This document shows, in pieces, positions 22,182 to 33,569 of a DNA stretch of 43,755 nucleotides. The notes beneath the pieces were generated by a model. That model was not told where the DNA came from, ran no database searches, and saw only the letters and a list, made by a program, of their open reading frames with translations. Origin of the DNA: Bacillota bacterium (GTDB taxonomy: Bacteria > Bacillota > Dethiobacteria > DTU022 > UBA8154); assembly GCA_029778075.1 (NCBI GenBank), contig JAKORA010000334.1, positions 1-43,755 of the forward strand, given 5' to 3'. The first letter of the stretch is position 1; each line of letters opens with the position of its first letter. Position numbers and translations under genes: made by a program.

Positions 22182-22700
22182 TTACTTTTCAGCGCCGGCT
22201 ATATACTTCTTATACCCCAGCTTTTGCAACCTTTCATTTTTCTCCTTCACCTGGTTGGCGAGCTCTTTTTTATAAGCTATAATTCTTTCCCTGACCAGGG
22301 GATCTTTGACACCGATAATCTGAGCAGCCAGGATACCGGCATTAAAGGCTCCGTCAACAGCCACTGTGGCCACGGGAATGCCCCTGGGCATCTGAACCAT
22401 AGCATAAAGGGCATCAAGTCCTCCTAAAGGAGAGGAGCTCAAGGGCACCGCAATAACAGGCAACGGAGTTAAAGCGGCAATCACCCCGGCAAGGTGTGCA
22501 GCTCCGCCAGCTCCGGCAATAATTACTTCTATCCCCCTGGCAGCGGCATTTTTGGCTATTTCTGCCGTTTCTTCCGGCAAACGATGGGCGGAAGAAATAA
22601 GCACCTCATAGGAGAGTTGGAACCTTTCCAGGGCATTTAAACACTGGGACATTACGGGCAGGTCCGAATCACTACCCATAATAACGCTAACCTGTGGCAT
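22182..22700 (-). CDS. purE: N5-CAIR mutase / AIR carboxylase
   Basis: Motifs IMGSDSD, SAHR, AGAGGAAHLAG and QMPRGIPVATV. Confidence 0.95.
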   Translation of the reverse strand: MPQVSVIMGSDSDLPVMSQCLNALERFQLSYEVLISSAHRLPEETAEIAKNAAARGIEVIIAGAGGAAHLAGVIAALTPLPVIAVPLSSSPLGGLDALYAMVQMPRGIPVATVAVDGAFNAGILAAQIIGVKDPLVRERIIAYKKELANQVKEKNERLQKLGYKKYIAGAEK

Positions 22701-22906
22701 AAAACCCCTCCGTTTAATTTGTTACTACTCCTCATTCACATCCGGAGGTTAAAATTATTCTTTCAATAAATCCGAATCAACTTTTGTTCCTGTCAGGCAG
22801 CATAACAAGAGTTGTTCCTGACAATATTATTACACTTTTATAATACATGAAATTTCCCTATCCGTAAACGGGATAAAAGAATGACCTGTAAACTCTAAAA
22901 TGTAGC

Positions 22907-24445
22907 TCACTCCCATTCAATAGTTGATGGAGGTTTGGAAGTCAGGTCGTAAACAAAGCGGTTAACCTGGGGAATTTCGTTTACCAGCCTGCTGGAGATA
23001 GTGCTCAACACTTCATAGGGTATGGGGTACCAGTCGGCGGTCATTCCATCCCGACTCGTGACTGCACGCAGTGCCACGGTATGAGCATAAGTGCGCCGGT
23101 CACCTTTCACACCGACACTTAAAATATTCGGCAGGACGGCAAAAACCTGCCATATTTTGCGGTAAAGGCCGGCTCTTTTTATTTCCTCTACAACAATATG
23201 GTCAGCCTCTCTGAGAATGGAAAGCTTTTCGGGAGTAACCTCGCCCAGGATGCGCACCGCCAGCCCAGGCCCGGGAAAAGGATGTCTCCAGACCATTTCT
23301 TCAGGCAACCCCAGCTCTTCTCCCACCCTGCGGACTTCATCCTTAAAAAGATATTTCAGGGGTTCAATTAAAGCCAGCTGCATATCTTCCGGCAGCCCCC
23401 CTACATTATGATGGGACTTGATTAAGGCGGCAGTAGCTGTTCCGCTTTCAATTACATCGGGATAAAGAGTGCCCTGAACCAGAAAATCAATATCCCCCAG
23501 CTTTTTTGCCTCCCGTTCAAAGACACGGATAAAATGCCGGCCGATAATCTTTCTCTTTTCCTCCGGGTCGGTAACACCTTCAAGAAGTTTGAGGAATTCC
23601 TCCGCTGCATCCACAGCGATAATTTGCATATTAAATTTATCCCGAAAGGTGGAGAGGACCTCTTCTTTTTCTCCTTTACGCAACAGCCCGTGATCAACAA
23701 AGATGCAAAACAACCTGGAACCAATGGCCTTGTGTACCAGCATGGCTGCAACAGAAGAATCAACACCCCCGCTTAAACCGCAAACCGCACGGCCATGAGG
23801 CCCCACCTGTTCCCTGATTTCTCTGATGCTGCTTTCCACAAAGCTTTCCATAGTCCACTTTCCGGAAAAACGGCAGATTCTAAACAGAAAATTGCCCAGA
23901 ATCGCCTGCCCCTGGGGAGTATGGATAACCTCAGGGTGAAATTGTAAACCATAAAGTTTGGCTGTTTCGTCGGCCATGGCAGCCACCGGGGTATCTTTGC
24001 TTTGAGCAAGAACCCTGAATCCGGGAGGCACCGCGGTGACCTGATCTGCATGGCTCATCCAGGCTTCAAATTTTTTCCCCAGCCCTTTAAGCAACTCTCC
24101 ACTTTCTATAACGGATAAAAATGTCCGGCCGTATTCTTGGTTGGGGGCCTGGACGACCTCCCCTCCGAGATCTCTGGCCATAAGCTGCATCCCGTAACAG
24201 ATACCCAAAACGGGAATGCCCAGCCGATAAAAACGGGGATCACAGCAAGGGGCCTCCGGCTCGTAAACACTGGCAGGGCCGCCAGAAAAAATAAGCGCAG
24301 AGGGTTTCCCTTGAAGGAGCTCCTCCAGAGAAACATTATATGGTTTAATCTCACAGTAAACCTTTTGTTCTCTTATCATCCGGGCGATTAGTTGTGTATA
24401 TTGGCCTCCAAAATCTAGAATAATCACTTTTTCTTCTACAGCCAT
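22907..24445 (-). CDS. guaA: GMP synthase (glutamine-hydrolysing)
   Basis: Motifs [35 protein letters not shown] and KPPSTIEWE. Confidence 0.97.
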   Translation of the reverse strand: MAVEEKVIILDFGGQYTQLIARMIREQKVYCEIKPYNVSLEELLQGKPSALIFSGGPASVYEPEAPCCDPRFYRLGIPVLGICYGMQLMARDLGGEVVQAPNQEYGRTFLSVIESGELLKGLGKKFEAWMSHADQVTAVPPGFRVLAQSKDTPVAAMADETAKLYGLQFHPEVIHTPQGQAILGNFLFRICRFSGKWTMESFVESSIREIREQVGPHGRAVCGLSGGVDSSVAAMLVHKAIGSRLFCIFVDHGLLRKGEKEEVLSTFRDKFNMQIIAVDAAEEFLKLLEGVTDPEEKRKIIGRHFIRVFEREAKKLGDIDFLVQGTLYPDVIESGTATAALIKSHHNVGGLPEDMQLALIEPLKYLFKDEVRRVGEELGLPEEMVWRHPFPGPGLAVRILGEVTPEKLSILREADHIVVEEIKRAGLYRKIWQVFAVLPNILSVGVKGDRRTYAHTVALRAVTSRDGMTADWYPIPYEVLSTISSRLVNEIPQVNRFVYDLTSKPPSTIEWE

Positions 24446-24483
24446 ACATATTTTCTCCTATCTTCTGAATTACGACTCTTCAT

Positions 24484-24511
24484 ATTCGTCAAGGCTCTCT
24501 ACATTTCCTGC
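24484..24511 (-). promoter_or_regulatory. SigmaH-like promoter upstream of guaA
   Basis: Minus strand GCAGGA-aatgtagagagccttgac (18 bp)-GAAT. Confidence 0.45.
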
Positions 24512-24528
24512 TGTCAATACGAAAATAT

Positions 24529-24623
24529 AGCAGCAATTGCTGCAGGCGGAGCTTAAGGCGTTTTGGCTCGTAAAGTTCTACGGCTTGCTTGAGTCCCCTA
24601 CGACCTGCCCGGCCAAATCCCAT
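24529..24623. repeat. Half copy (one arm) of element A
   Basis: AGCAGCAATTGCTGCAGGCGGAGC..TTTTGGCTCGTAAAGTTCTACGGCTTGCTTGAGTCCCC..CCCGGCCAAATCCCAT, nearly identical to 32602-32696. Confidence 0.85.
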
Positions 24624-24648
24624 ATTAAATAGGGGTTGCGAATGGCAG

Positions 24649-24682
24649 GAAAAAGGACCGGAAATTTGCTCCGGTCCTTTTC
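24649..24682 (-). terminator. Intrinsic terminator, probably the original groEL terminator displaced by the island
   Basis: Stem AAAAGGACCGGA / TCCGGTCCTTTT, about 40 bp beyond the duplicated groEL 3' end. Confidence 0.75.
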
Positions 24683-24896
24683 TATATGGTATGGCTCTTT
24701 TTTGCTTTTCTGCTTTTCCTGTTTTTTACATTGGAGGCATGTCGCCCTTTTTGATTATATCTGTGTCAATGCTATGAATAGGGATTTTAAGGGTATTTAC
24801 CAGCCTCTTACCGGAAATATTATTCCGTTCATTCTCCGCTTTTATACGCATAAATTCTTTTTTTGGAAAACAATCTTTTGTCACGTTGATTCCCGA

Positions 24897-25805
24897 TTAC
24901 TCCCGGGTAGGCGTAACCGTCCTGGAAGTCTCGTTGGTTATCTCTATCGTCGCCTGATCAGGCGGATAAGTTATACCGGAGCATAAAAATTCAAGCCCTG
25001 TAAAGAGGCTCTCTTTCCCGGCGGGCATGTACTTCGCGGTTTCTGGGTACCCGAATCCTTTTGACTGGATGAAGTCGAATGTAATGTTCCTTACCCATTC
25101 GTATCTCTTGCCCTGGTACTCTATTCCCCAATTTCCGGCATGTTCCTTTACTTCGTAATAAGAGACTGTAACTCTTGGAATGAGCAACGGTAAGCTTTGA
25201 AACATTTTCTGGACATCCTGGACGTGAGCTTCAGAGAAGCTCATTGAACGAAGCAGTTCCACGGCCTGTTCTTTTTCTTCAGCGCTGCCCAAAACATCCC
25301 CTGTGCCGGCGTTATATACTTCGATTTTAAAGCCTAGGTCGAATTTGTCATGGCTGAACAGCACTGCAGCGGCCTCGGTTTTGTCGTTCACGGAAGGGTC
25401 GGTGCGGATAATATAGTTCAGTATGTCGTTTACCCATACCCTTACGGCCTGTCCTGCGCTGTCGTATCGAGTGGGCTGCCAGTTGGCTAACGCCTGTGCA
25501 TCAAAATAGAACTTCGGATAATTTCCAACTTTTATCCAAAGAAGAGGCGTGCGGTAGCGTATCCCCGTTACGGCGCGTGTAGCCGTAACAAAGAAGTCGA
25601 AGTAATCGAATTTGCCGGTTTCCCGATTGTATTCAGGTCTTATTCTGCCGTATACAGGGCCTTCTACTACTTCTTCCGCACGTATCTCTTCATCTAAAGC
25701 CAGGTTTAACTTAGGAAAAGAACTGGCGTCTGCCTCGGGGACAGACGCCAGTAACAGCAAAATTATCAATAAGAAACCAACTGCTTTTCTCAGCGCACTA
25801 ATCAC
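24897..25805 (-). CDS. Hypothetical secreted protein (island cargo, possibly 3'-truncated)
   Basis: GTG start overlaps the upstream TGA (GTGA). The N-terminus RKAVGFLLIILLLLASVPEADA looks like a signal peptide. No family recognised. Confidence 0.65.
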   Translation of the reverse strand: MISALRKAVGFLLIILLLLASVPEADASSFPKLNLALDEEIRAEEVVEGPVYGRIRPEYNRETGKFDYFDFFVTATRAVTGIRYRTPLLWIKVGNYPKFYFDAQALANWQPTRYDSAGQAVRVWVNDILNYIIRTDPSVNDKTEAAAVLFSHDKFDLGFKIEVYNAGTGDVLGSAEEKEQAVELLRSMSFSEAHVQDVQKMFQSLPLLIPRVTVSYYEVKEHAGNWGIEYQGKRYEWVRNITFDFIQSKGFGYPETAKYMPAGKESLFTGLEFLCSGITYPPDQATIEITNETSRTVTPTRE

Positions 25806-26380
25806 TCCTTGACCTCCTTCCAATTGCTTAACGGAATTCTAAAATCAATTCTCCAGCCGATGGTTTGTGGATCAAGAGCGCTAAGGCTACCCAAATATTC
25901 CATGTCCCTCTCATACAGCTTTCCGGGTTCAAGCCCTTCAGGATTGGAACCTTTGTATTTAATTTGCAATACCCCGCGGACTGCTCCATAACCTCGAAAA
26001 TCTTTATAAACTGTTCTCGGGTCGGCATAGAATCTCACGTATTCTGCTCCCGGATAAAACTCTCCTCCGCGGTATTGATTGCTGTTTAAGACTTTAGTAG
26101 TTTCATGCACATCAAAATTAGCATCGAAGCCGTTGTTGAATTTCAGATAATCGTCGAAAGACATATAATCATTCATTTTCCGTTCAATCGGATAGCTCCT
26201 CAGTCTCTGAATGTCTGCCTCAGTCAATGCCGTGGTCTTAGGAGACAACTCTCCTTTCCCGCCGCCAGTCGTCCAGATATTGACGGTCCTCGTTGCTCCG
26301 TCCCAATCCACTTTTAAGCACTTTAAAAGCTGTCTCGGAGGGTCAATTTTGTTTGTGCTTATAATAAGGGTATCCCCCAC
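25802..26380 (-). pseudogene. 5'-truncated protein with the tail of a copper-amine-oxidase-like N-terminal (stalk) domain
   Basis: LKVDWDGATRTVNI matches the usual end of this surface-protein domain. The rest of the domain, a signal peptide and a correctly spaced RBS are absent. Confidence 0.55.
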
Positions 26381-27175
26381 TCCTACAAATCAAAGCTCAA
26401 CACCAGCTCCGGAACCATATTCGATATGCTTTTCGCCCCCTTTCCGCCCCCTCTTCATTATCGGTAAAAATCAACCGAACTTTATCTTTTAAATCTGGAA
26501 AGCAGGCAATTTTTAACAACAAAGAAACTCCGCTGGTATTGTCGTTCTAGTTGCACGGAGTCGGGCTCATTTGAAAGAACATAGCTAAAAGATATATTAA
26601 AGCCAGAATGACTATAAAAGGAACGTATATCGTTAAACAGGCTATCTGCCTAAGGATAGGCTACTTTAAAAATTTTTTAAAAAGAAATAAGTAGAAAAGG
26701 AGACCCAAAAAAAGTCTCCTTTAAGTTTTTCGAAATTCAAATTATTAAAATACAATATATGGTTATAAGCCTGTACTCTCTGCAGGAGGCGCGCGTTTGA
26801 CCTCCTAGAGCAGGAACCTTTTTCTTCGTTGTAATATCTTCTTCTGAGCTTTATTATTTCCATTTATATGATATGTATTAGGGGCGTAAAGCCCCTTAAA
26901 ATTATTGATGCGTCTTTTAAGCCTTCTCCGGTTGTCCTGAAAGCGTTTCGATGTAAGGGCGCAGAATGGCAAAGGCCGCGACCCAGATCAGGACGAATAT
27001 CCCAATTCCATTTTTGCTTGACGCACTCTAAATTAAGGCTTCGCCCGTTTTGAGCGAAGCCCGTTATTTTTATTTGAAGGTGCGTGTTTAAGTCTTGTGC
27101 GACGTCCATCATCCAGGTAGAGTCTTGATCGGAAAGTACTACTTTTGGAAAAAAAACGGAAAGAAGTCGGATATG

Positions 27176-27200
27176 AAAAAGCCCCGTATAATCGGGGCTT
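27176..27200 (-). terminator. Island-supplied terminator just after the groEL stop
   Basis: Minus strand AAGCCCCG-attata-CGGGGCTT-TTT. Confidence 0.65.
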
Positions 27201-27210
27201 ATAAGGTTTT

Positions 27211-28836
<1,626 letters not shown>

Positions 28837-28862
28837 TCACAATAACCCTCCTTGTTTGGTAT

Positions 28863-28888
28863 TATATTAGGTAACTATATTAGGTAAC
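28863..28888. repeat. 13-bp tandem duplication in the groES-groEL spacer
   Basis: TATATTAGGTAAC twice. Confidence 0.7.
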
Positions 28889-28954
28889 TCCTGAAAAAAA
28901 ATTCAATCTGGGTTAATTTAAATACAAAACTAAGTGGACTCTGTTTTTAAGCTT

Positions 28955-29242
28955 TTATACATAAACAGCCAAAATGTCGTCCTGGCGTAAAATGAGGTAC
29001 TCTTCGTCACCAATCTTGATTTCTGTGCCGGCATACTTGGAAAAAACAACCTTGTCGCCGACTTTAACGTCCATTTGCACTTTTGTCCCGTCATCAAGGA
29101 CCCTGCCTGGACCTACAGCTTTAACTTCCCCTTCCTGTGGCTTTTCCTTGGCTTTATCCGGAAGGACAATGCCAGCGCTGGTCTTCTCCTCCTTCTCCAG
29201 GACCTTGATGATTACCCTGTCCCCTAATGGCTTTAAGTTCAT
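28955..29242 (-). CDS. groS: Co-chaperonin GroES
   Basis: Motifs [23 protein letters not shown] and [17 protein letters not shown] precedes ATG 29242. Confidence 0.97.
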   Translation of the reverse strand: MNLKPLGDRVIIKVLEKEEKTSAGIVLPDKAKEKPQEGEVKAVGPGRVLDDGTKVQMDVKVGDKVVFSKYAGTEIKIGDEEYLILRQDDILAVYV

Positions 29243-29279
29243 TCTGATACCTCCTTGTTGTGTTGTAAAATGTTCATTG

Positions 29280-29306
29280 TTAGCACTCATTTAAACTGAG
29301 TGCTAA
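29280..29306. promoter_or_regulatory. CIRCE element (HrcA operator)
   Basis: Perfect TTAGCACTC-N9-GAGTGCTAA upstream of groES. Confidence 0.96.
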
Positions 29307-29439
29307 TCAACCTTATCTAATATTATTAAAAATTGCCTTAGGATATCAACTCAAGCGTAACACTTATAAACAGCCATATTAACAGGTAGAGCTTGTTTGC
29401 TTTAAATTTCCTTCTAATTCTCCTTTTTCCTTTAAATTT

Positions 29440-31398
29440 TTAAGTACATCTTTTATTATATCCTTCCCCTAAAAAAATATGCTTAAGGTTGGGGAATTCG
29501 TGACTCTTGTGCGGTAAAGCTAGAGCCTTGGCAAAACGTATCTGAAAATCCGGTTCGGCCGCTGTTTCGATAAACTGTACCCTTCTGGCTACTTCCTCCG
29601 CTTCCTGCCGTTTTTTCAGGCTCAGGAGAGCCAGCTTTGCGCCATCCCCGGCAGCATTTCCTACAGCGTAAACATTTTCCAGGTTACAGTCGGGAATCAT
29701 CCCGATAACCATGGCATTCTCTTTATTGATATAGCTGCCAAAGGCTCCGGCCAGCACTTTTTTCTCCGGCTTTTTCCCGCCAGACTTCTCTATTAAATAT
29801 TCGGCACCGCAGTACATCGCCGCCTTGGCCAGCTGGACGGCACGCACATCTCCCTGCGTAACGGTAATATCCTTACCAATGGCAGTTTCATCTGCGTAAC
29901 AAAGCACATACTCCATTTTTCCATCGACACCCTTACGGATCCTGGGGCTGTCAATTTTCTTGTTGATACGCCCCGAACTGTCAATGATCCCGGCCTTAAA
30001 CATTTCCGCTATGGCATCTATGATTCCGGAGCCGCAGATTCCTTTCGCCAGGGGCTCGTCACCTTTTTTAAACCAGTCATCCTGCCCGATAACTTTAAAC
30101 TCGGGCTCTTTTGTCCGTGGATCGATCCTCACAGCTTCCACGGCCCCTGGAGCGGCACGCATACCGAAAGTAATCTGGGCGCCTTCCAGGGCGGGGCCGG
30201 TGGCACAGGAGGCAGAAAAAAGCTTTTCCCTGTTGCCAAAAACAATCTCCCCATTGGTGCCGATGTCAATAAGCAGTACCATTTGGTCCTGATTATAGGG
30301 CTCTTCGGCAATAAGGGCGGCGACATTATCAGCACCGATAAAACCGGCTTCAATCGGCAGCCAGTGGATATAGGCTCCTTTATTTATGTTAATACCCAGG
30401 TCGCGAGCCTTAAAATCAACACCTTGTTTAAGCGCCGGGATAAAGGGCACCCGGCCGATATACTCGGGATTGATGGCCAGGAATAGATGATGCATGGCGG
30501 TATTTCCGACGAGTACCATATCCACTATCTCTCGGGGGGACAAACCTGCCTCTTCTGTTACGTCCTGGACCAGAAAGTTAATACCATTAATAATTGCCTT
30601 GCTCAACTTCTCCAGCCCGCCCTCATTCCTCAGCGCATAGGTAATGCGGGAGAGAATATCTTCACCGTAGGCAATCTGTGGGTTCATCATCGATTTTACC
30701 GTAGGAGATTCACCCGTTCGCAGGTTACAGAGGTAGGCGGCTACAGAAGTGCTGCCTACATCAATGGCGATCCCCCAGAGATTTTCTTTCATCCCGGGGA
30801 AAACATCAATTATCTCCTTACCCTTCCATACGGCGGCTGTGACCTTCCAGCCGGCAGCGCGCACTGTTTGCGAGAGGTCTGGAACTATAGAATAATCAAT
30901 ATGCTCAATTCCCTTGAGACCGTATTTTTCCGCGACGGCATTCTTGATACGCGCGAAATCATCGGTCTGGTCTTCCAGTGTTGCCGGCGCCATCTCAATA
31001 TAGTAGCTGCCAACCGCGGGTTCCACGGCTATCTCCCTGTCTTTTCCGGTCTTCCTGATCACCTGCCGGGCACCCCGGGATTCTTCAGGAAGGTAAACAA
31101 GAACATTGCCGCGCACTTCAGCGCAGCAGGCCAGCCTGTAATTGCCGGCCAGTTCATAATCCTCCAGCTTTTCTTTCTCGGCATCCGTGAGAGGAGAAAG
31201 GTTGCTTGCTTTTGATTCAATACCGATCTTTTCAAAAAAACCTTCTTCAATTTTTACTTTACACTTACCGCAACTGTGTGCTCCCCCGCAGGGCGATTCT
31301 ATATCCACTCCCAACTCGCGGGCCGCCGCCAGGAGGGTCTTCCCTTCATCAACGATTCCCCGCCTGCCGGAAGGTTGAAAGACAACAACATATCCCAT
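29440..31398 (-). CDS. RACo/ASKHA-domain corrinoid reductive activator-like protein with N-terminal [2Fe-2S] ferredoxin
   Basis: Fe-S motif CGGAHSCGKC..RLACC and motifs IAIDVGSTS, IDIGTNGE, SCATGPALEG, GICGSG, LAGAFG and GNAAGDGA. Start at ATG 31398 after AGGAGG. Confidence 0.9.
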   Translation of the reverse strand: MGYVVVFQPSGRRGIVDEGKTLLAAARELGVDIESPCGGAHSCGKCKVKIEEGFFEKIGIESKASNLSPLTDAEKEKLEDYELAGNYRLACCAEVRGNVLVYLPEESRGARQVIRKTGKDREIAVEPAVGSYYIEMAPATLEDQTDDFARIKNAVAEKYGLKGIEHIDYSIVPDLSQTVRAAGWKVTAAVWKGKEIIDVFPGMKENLWGIAIDVGSTSVAAYLCNLRTGESPTVKSMMNPQIAYGEDILSRITYALRNEGGLEKLSKAIINGINFLVQDVTEEAGLSPREIVDMVLVGNTAMHHLFLAINPEYIGRVPFIPALKQGVDFKARDLGININKGAYIHWLPIEAGFIGADNVAALIAEEPYNQDQMVLLIDIGTNGEIVFGNREKLFSASCATGPALEGAQITFGMRAAPGAVEAVRIDPRTKEPEFKVIGQDDWFKKGDEPLAKGICGSGIIDAIAEMFKAGIIDSSGRINKKIDSPRIRKGVDGKMEYVLCYADETAIGKDITVTQGDVRAVQLAKAAMYCGAEYLIEKSGGKKPEKKVLAGAFGSYINKENAMVIGMIPDCNLENVYAVGNAAGDGAKLALLSLKKRQEAEEVARRVQFIETAAEPDFQIRFAKALALPHKSHEFPNLKHIFLGEGYNKRCT

Positions 31399-31511
31399 AG
31401 CACCGCCTGACCTCCTTTGTCTCCGCTCCACTTCTTTTCCCCAAATCCGGCCTTCTATAAAGCTGTGCAGGGCAAGAGCCCCGCTCTATTTAAGCCAAAA
31501 CTTTAAGCCCG

Positions 31512-32573
31512 TTAAAACTCCAGGCCCGCCATAGCCTTAACGCCGGCGCGGAAATAATGCTTCACCTCTTGCACCTCGCTGACAAGATCGGCGGCGTTAA
31601 TTATTTCTGCAGGGGCATACCTCCCGGTCAGGACCACATCTACATGTTCCGGCCGGTTGGCAAGCATATCGATCACTTCCTGAATGGAAAGCTGCCCGCG
31701 GTGCATAACAATGTTTATTTCATCAAAGATTACGAGGTCATACTCTCCGCTGCTCAATGCCTCTTTACCTTGTATAAACCCGTCTAAAACAACGCTTTGC
31801 TGATCATCAAGGAGTACACCGTCGGGAGACATTCTATTCCTTCCGGCCTGCACAACTTTAAAATCCGGTAGGTACTTTTGGATAGCCTGGATCTCCCCTG
31901 AACCGGGATCGCTTTTTTTAAACTGAAGCATAAAGACGCGGCGGCCCTGCCCGAGAGCCCGCAAAGCCAGGCCCAGCGCCGCCGTTGTTTTTCCCTTGCC
32001 GTTTCCTGTATAAACCAGGACCATACCCTTGCGTCTCTGCAGGGAACCGGCCTCTCTTTCTGTGGCGCAGTCGGAAACACCTCCCTGCATTAGTTCCTGG
32101 GCATGGGGAATTGCCGGCGCAATCACCTCCAGGCATTCCCTTACAGCCCGTGGGCTTCCGGGCAGGTTTACAATAAGAGTTTTTCCCCTCGCTCCGCAGA
32201 CGGCCCGGGAGAGCATGGCATGCGGAGTCTTTTTCAGACTCTCCATTCTCATGGCCTCGGCCAGCCCTGGAACCTCCCTGTCAATAACTTCCAGTGTTGC
32301 TTCGGGGGTAAAATCCCGGGGAGCAAGACCCGTTCCGCCGGTGGTTAGAACAAGATCGACCTTTAGTTGGGCCTCCATTTTAATCAGTTCTGTCCGAATA
32401 GTTTCCTTGTCATCGGGAACGACACCGTAATAGGCTACCTCCCACCCATTGGAGCGGACGATCTCTTCAATTACCTTGCCGCTGAGATCTTCTCTTTCGC
32501 CTTTTGAGCTACGGTCGCTGATCGTTAAAACGGCTACCTGTATCCGGCGTGCGTTTGTCCGGTTTTCTTTCAT
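31512..32573 (-). CDS. Fusion of MogA/MoaB molybdopterin adenylyltransferase (N-terminal) and CobO/BtuR corrinoid adenosyltransferase (C-terminal)
   Basis: N half: VLTISDR, TTGGTGLAPRDFTPEAT, NLPGSP. C half: VYTGNGKGKTTAALG, IFDEIN, VVLTGR, ADLVSEV..KHYF..GLEF. Both lie in one open frame. Confidence 0.88.
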   Translation of the reverse strand: MKENRTNARRIQVAVLTISDRSSKGEREDLSGKVIEEIVRSNGWEVAYYGVVPDDKETIRTELIKMEAQLKVDLVLTTGGTGLAPRDFTPEATLEVIDREVPGLAEAMRMESLKKTPHAMLSRAVCGARGKTLIVNLPGSPRAVRECLEVIAPAIPHAQELMQGGVSDCATEREAGSLQRRKGMVLVYTGNGKGKTTAALGLALRALGQGRRVFMLQFKKSDPGSGEIQAIQKYLPDFKVVQAGRNRMSPDGVLLDDQQSVVLDGFIQGKEALSSGEYDLVIFDEINIVMHRGQLSIQEVIDMLANRPEHVDVVLTGRYAPAEIINAADLVSEVQEVKHYFRAGVKAMAGLEF

Positions 32574-32596
32574 CAAATATCACCTCGTTAAAATGA

Positions 32597-33560
32597 AATG
32601 GAGCAGCGATTTGCTGTAGGCGGAGCTCCGGGGTTTTGGCTCGTAAAGTTCTACGGCTTGCTTGAGTCCCCGACGACCTCCCCGGCCAATTCCCATTAGG
32701 TGGGGGTGGCGAAGGTTAGTGCTCGCTTCAGGGTTCGCTTGAGGCAGGTTTTACAGCTCAGCTCGGGCTTTCGATTGGCCTTCCCGGCAGAGCTCACCTC
32801 CATGTTCGCGCTGCCGGCGGCGGACGTCCGTGTCCGCCGGGCTATCTCAAGCCCTTGCTTCGCTGAACCTGCATGCTCAAACTGCACATTCCGCTCACCA
32901 CAACCTTGCGCCACCCCTGCGGGACATGAAACGGGTTCTAAATAAGGGTATTTTTATCGGTTTTTGAGTCAGCAAGGTCGTCTTCGGCCTTCGCTTCGCC
33001 GTGAACTTTTTGACTTCGCTCCACAAGTCGCTCTCGCCAACAGCAAATCGCTGCTTCCCTACCAACAGTAGCAGGGGCTAAACGAGAAAAACAAGAAGCT
33101 ATGACAAGGGCATTTATGTCTGCCGGATCATCTTCAAGCCCTCGCTTCGCTGAACCTGCAGACTCAAGCTGCACATTCCGCTCACCACAACCTTGCACCA
33201 CCCCTGCGAGGCATGAAACGGGTTCTAAGCAAGGCTATTTTCATCGTTTTTTGAGTCAGCAAGACTGGCTGCCGACATCCATGTCAGCAGGGTCGTCTCC
33301 GGCCTTCGCTTCACCGTGAACTTTATGTCTTCGCTCCACAAGTCGCTCTCGCCAACAGCAAATCGCTGCTTTCCTACGAACGGTAGCAGGGGCTAAACGA
33401 GAAAACTAATAAGCAACAATGGCAGACGTGTCCGCCGGGCCATCTTTAAGCCCTCACTTCACTGAACCTGCCGGCTCAAGCTGCACATTCTGCTCGCCAC
33501 AACTTTACACTATCCCTGCGGAACATGGCTCAAAATAGGCTATTTTCATCCGTTTTGTGC
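32597..33560. repeat. Composite repeat array: element A interrupted by hairpin element B, then tandem partial units
   Basis: A arm at 32597-32696 and B at 32702-32917 (GGGGTGGCGAAGGTT / AACCTTGCGCCACCCC). The other A arm occurs at 32976-33059 and again at 33269-33373. Unit starts are at 32832, 33118 and 33430. Confidence 0.85.
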
Positions 33561-33569
33561 CGGTGGGTT

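Noticed and set aside
22701-22906. Purine, ZTP or PRPP riboswitch, or PurR box, upstream of purE
   Set aside because: No recognisable aptamer core. There is only a TGTCAGG..CCTGACA inverted repeat and a weak GGAAC..TTCG similarity, too little to call.
32597-33560. CRISPR array, or a family of repeated small proteins (ORFs 32696-33319)
   Set aside because: The units are ~300 bp with no short repeat/unique spacer pattern and no cas genes. The similar ORFs are translations of the DNA repeat on both strands and lack RBSs.
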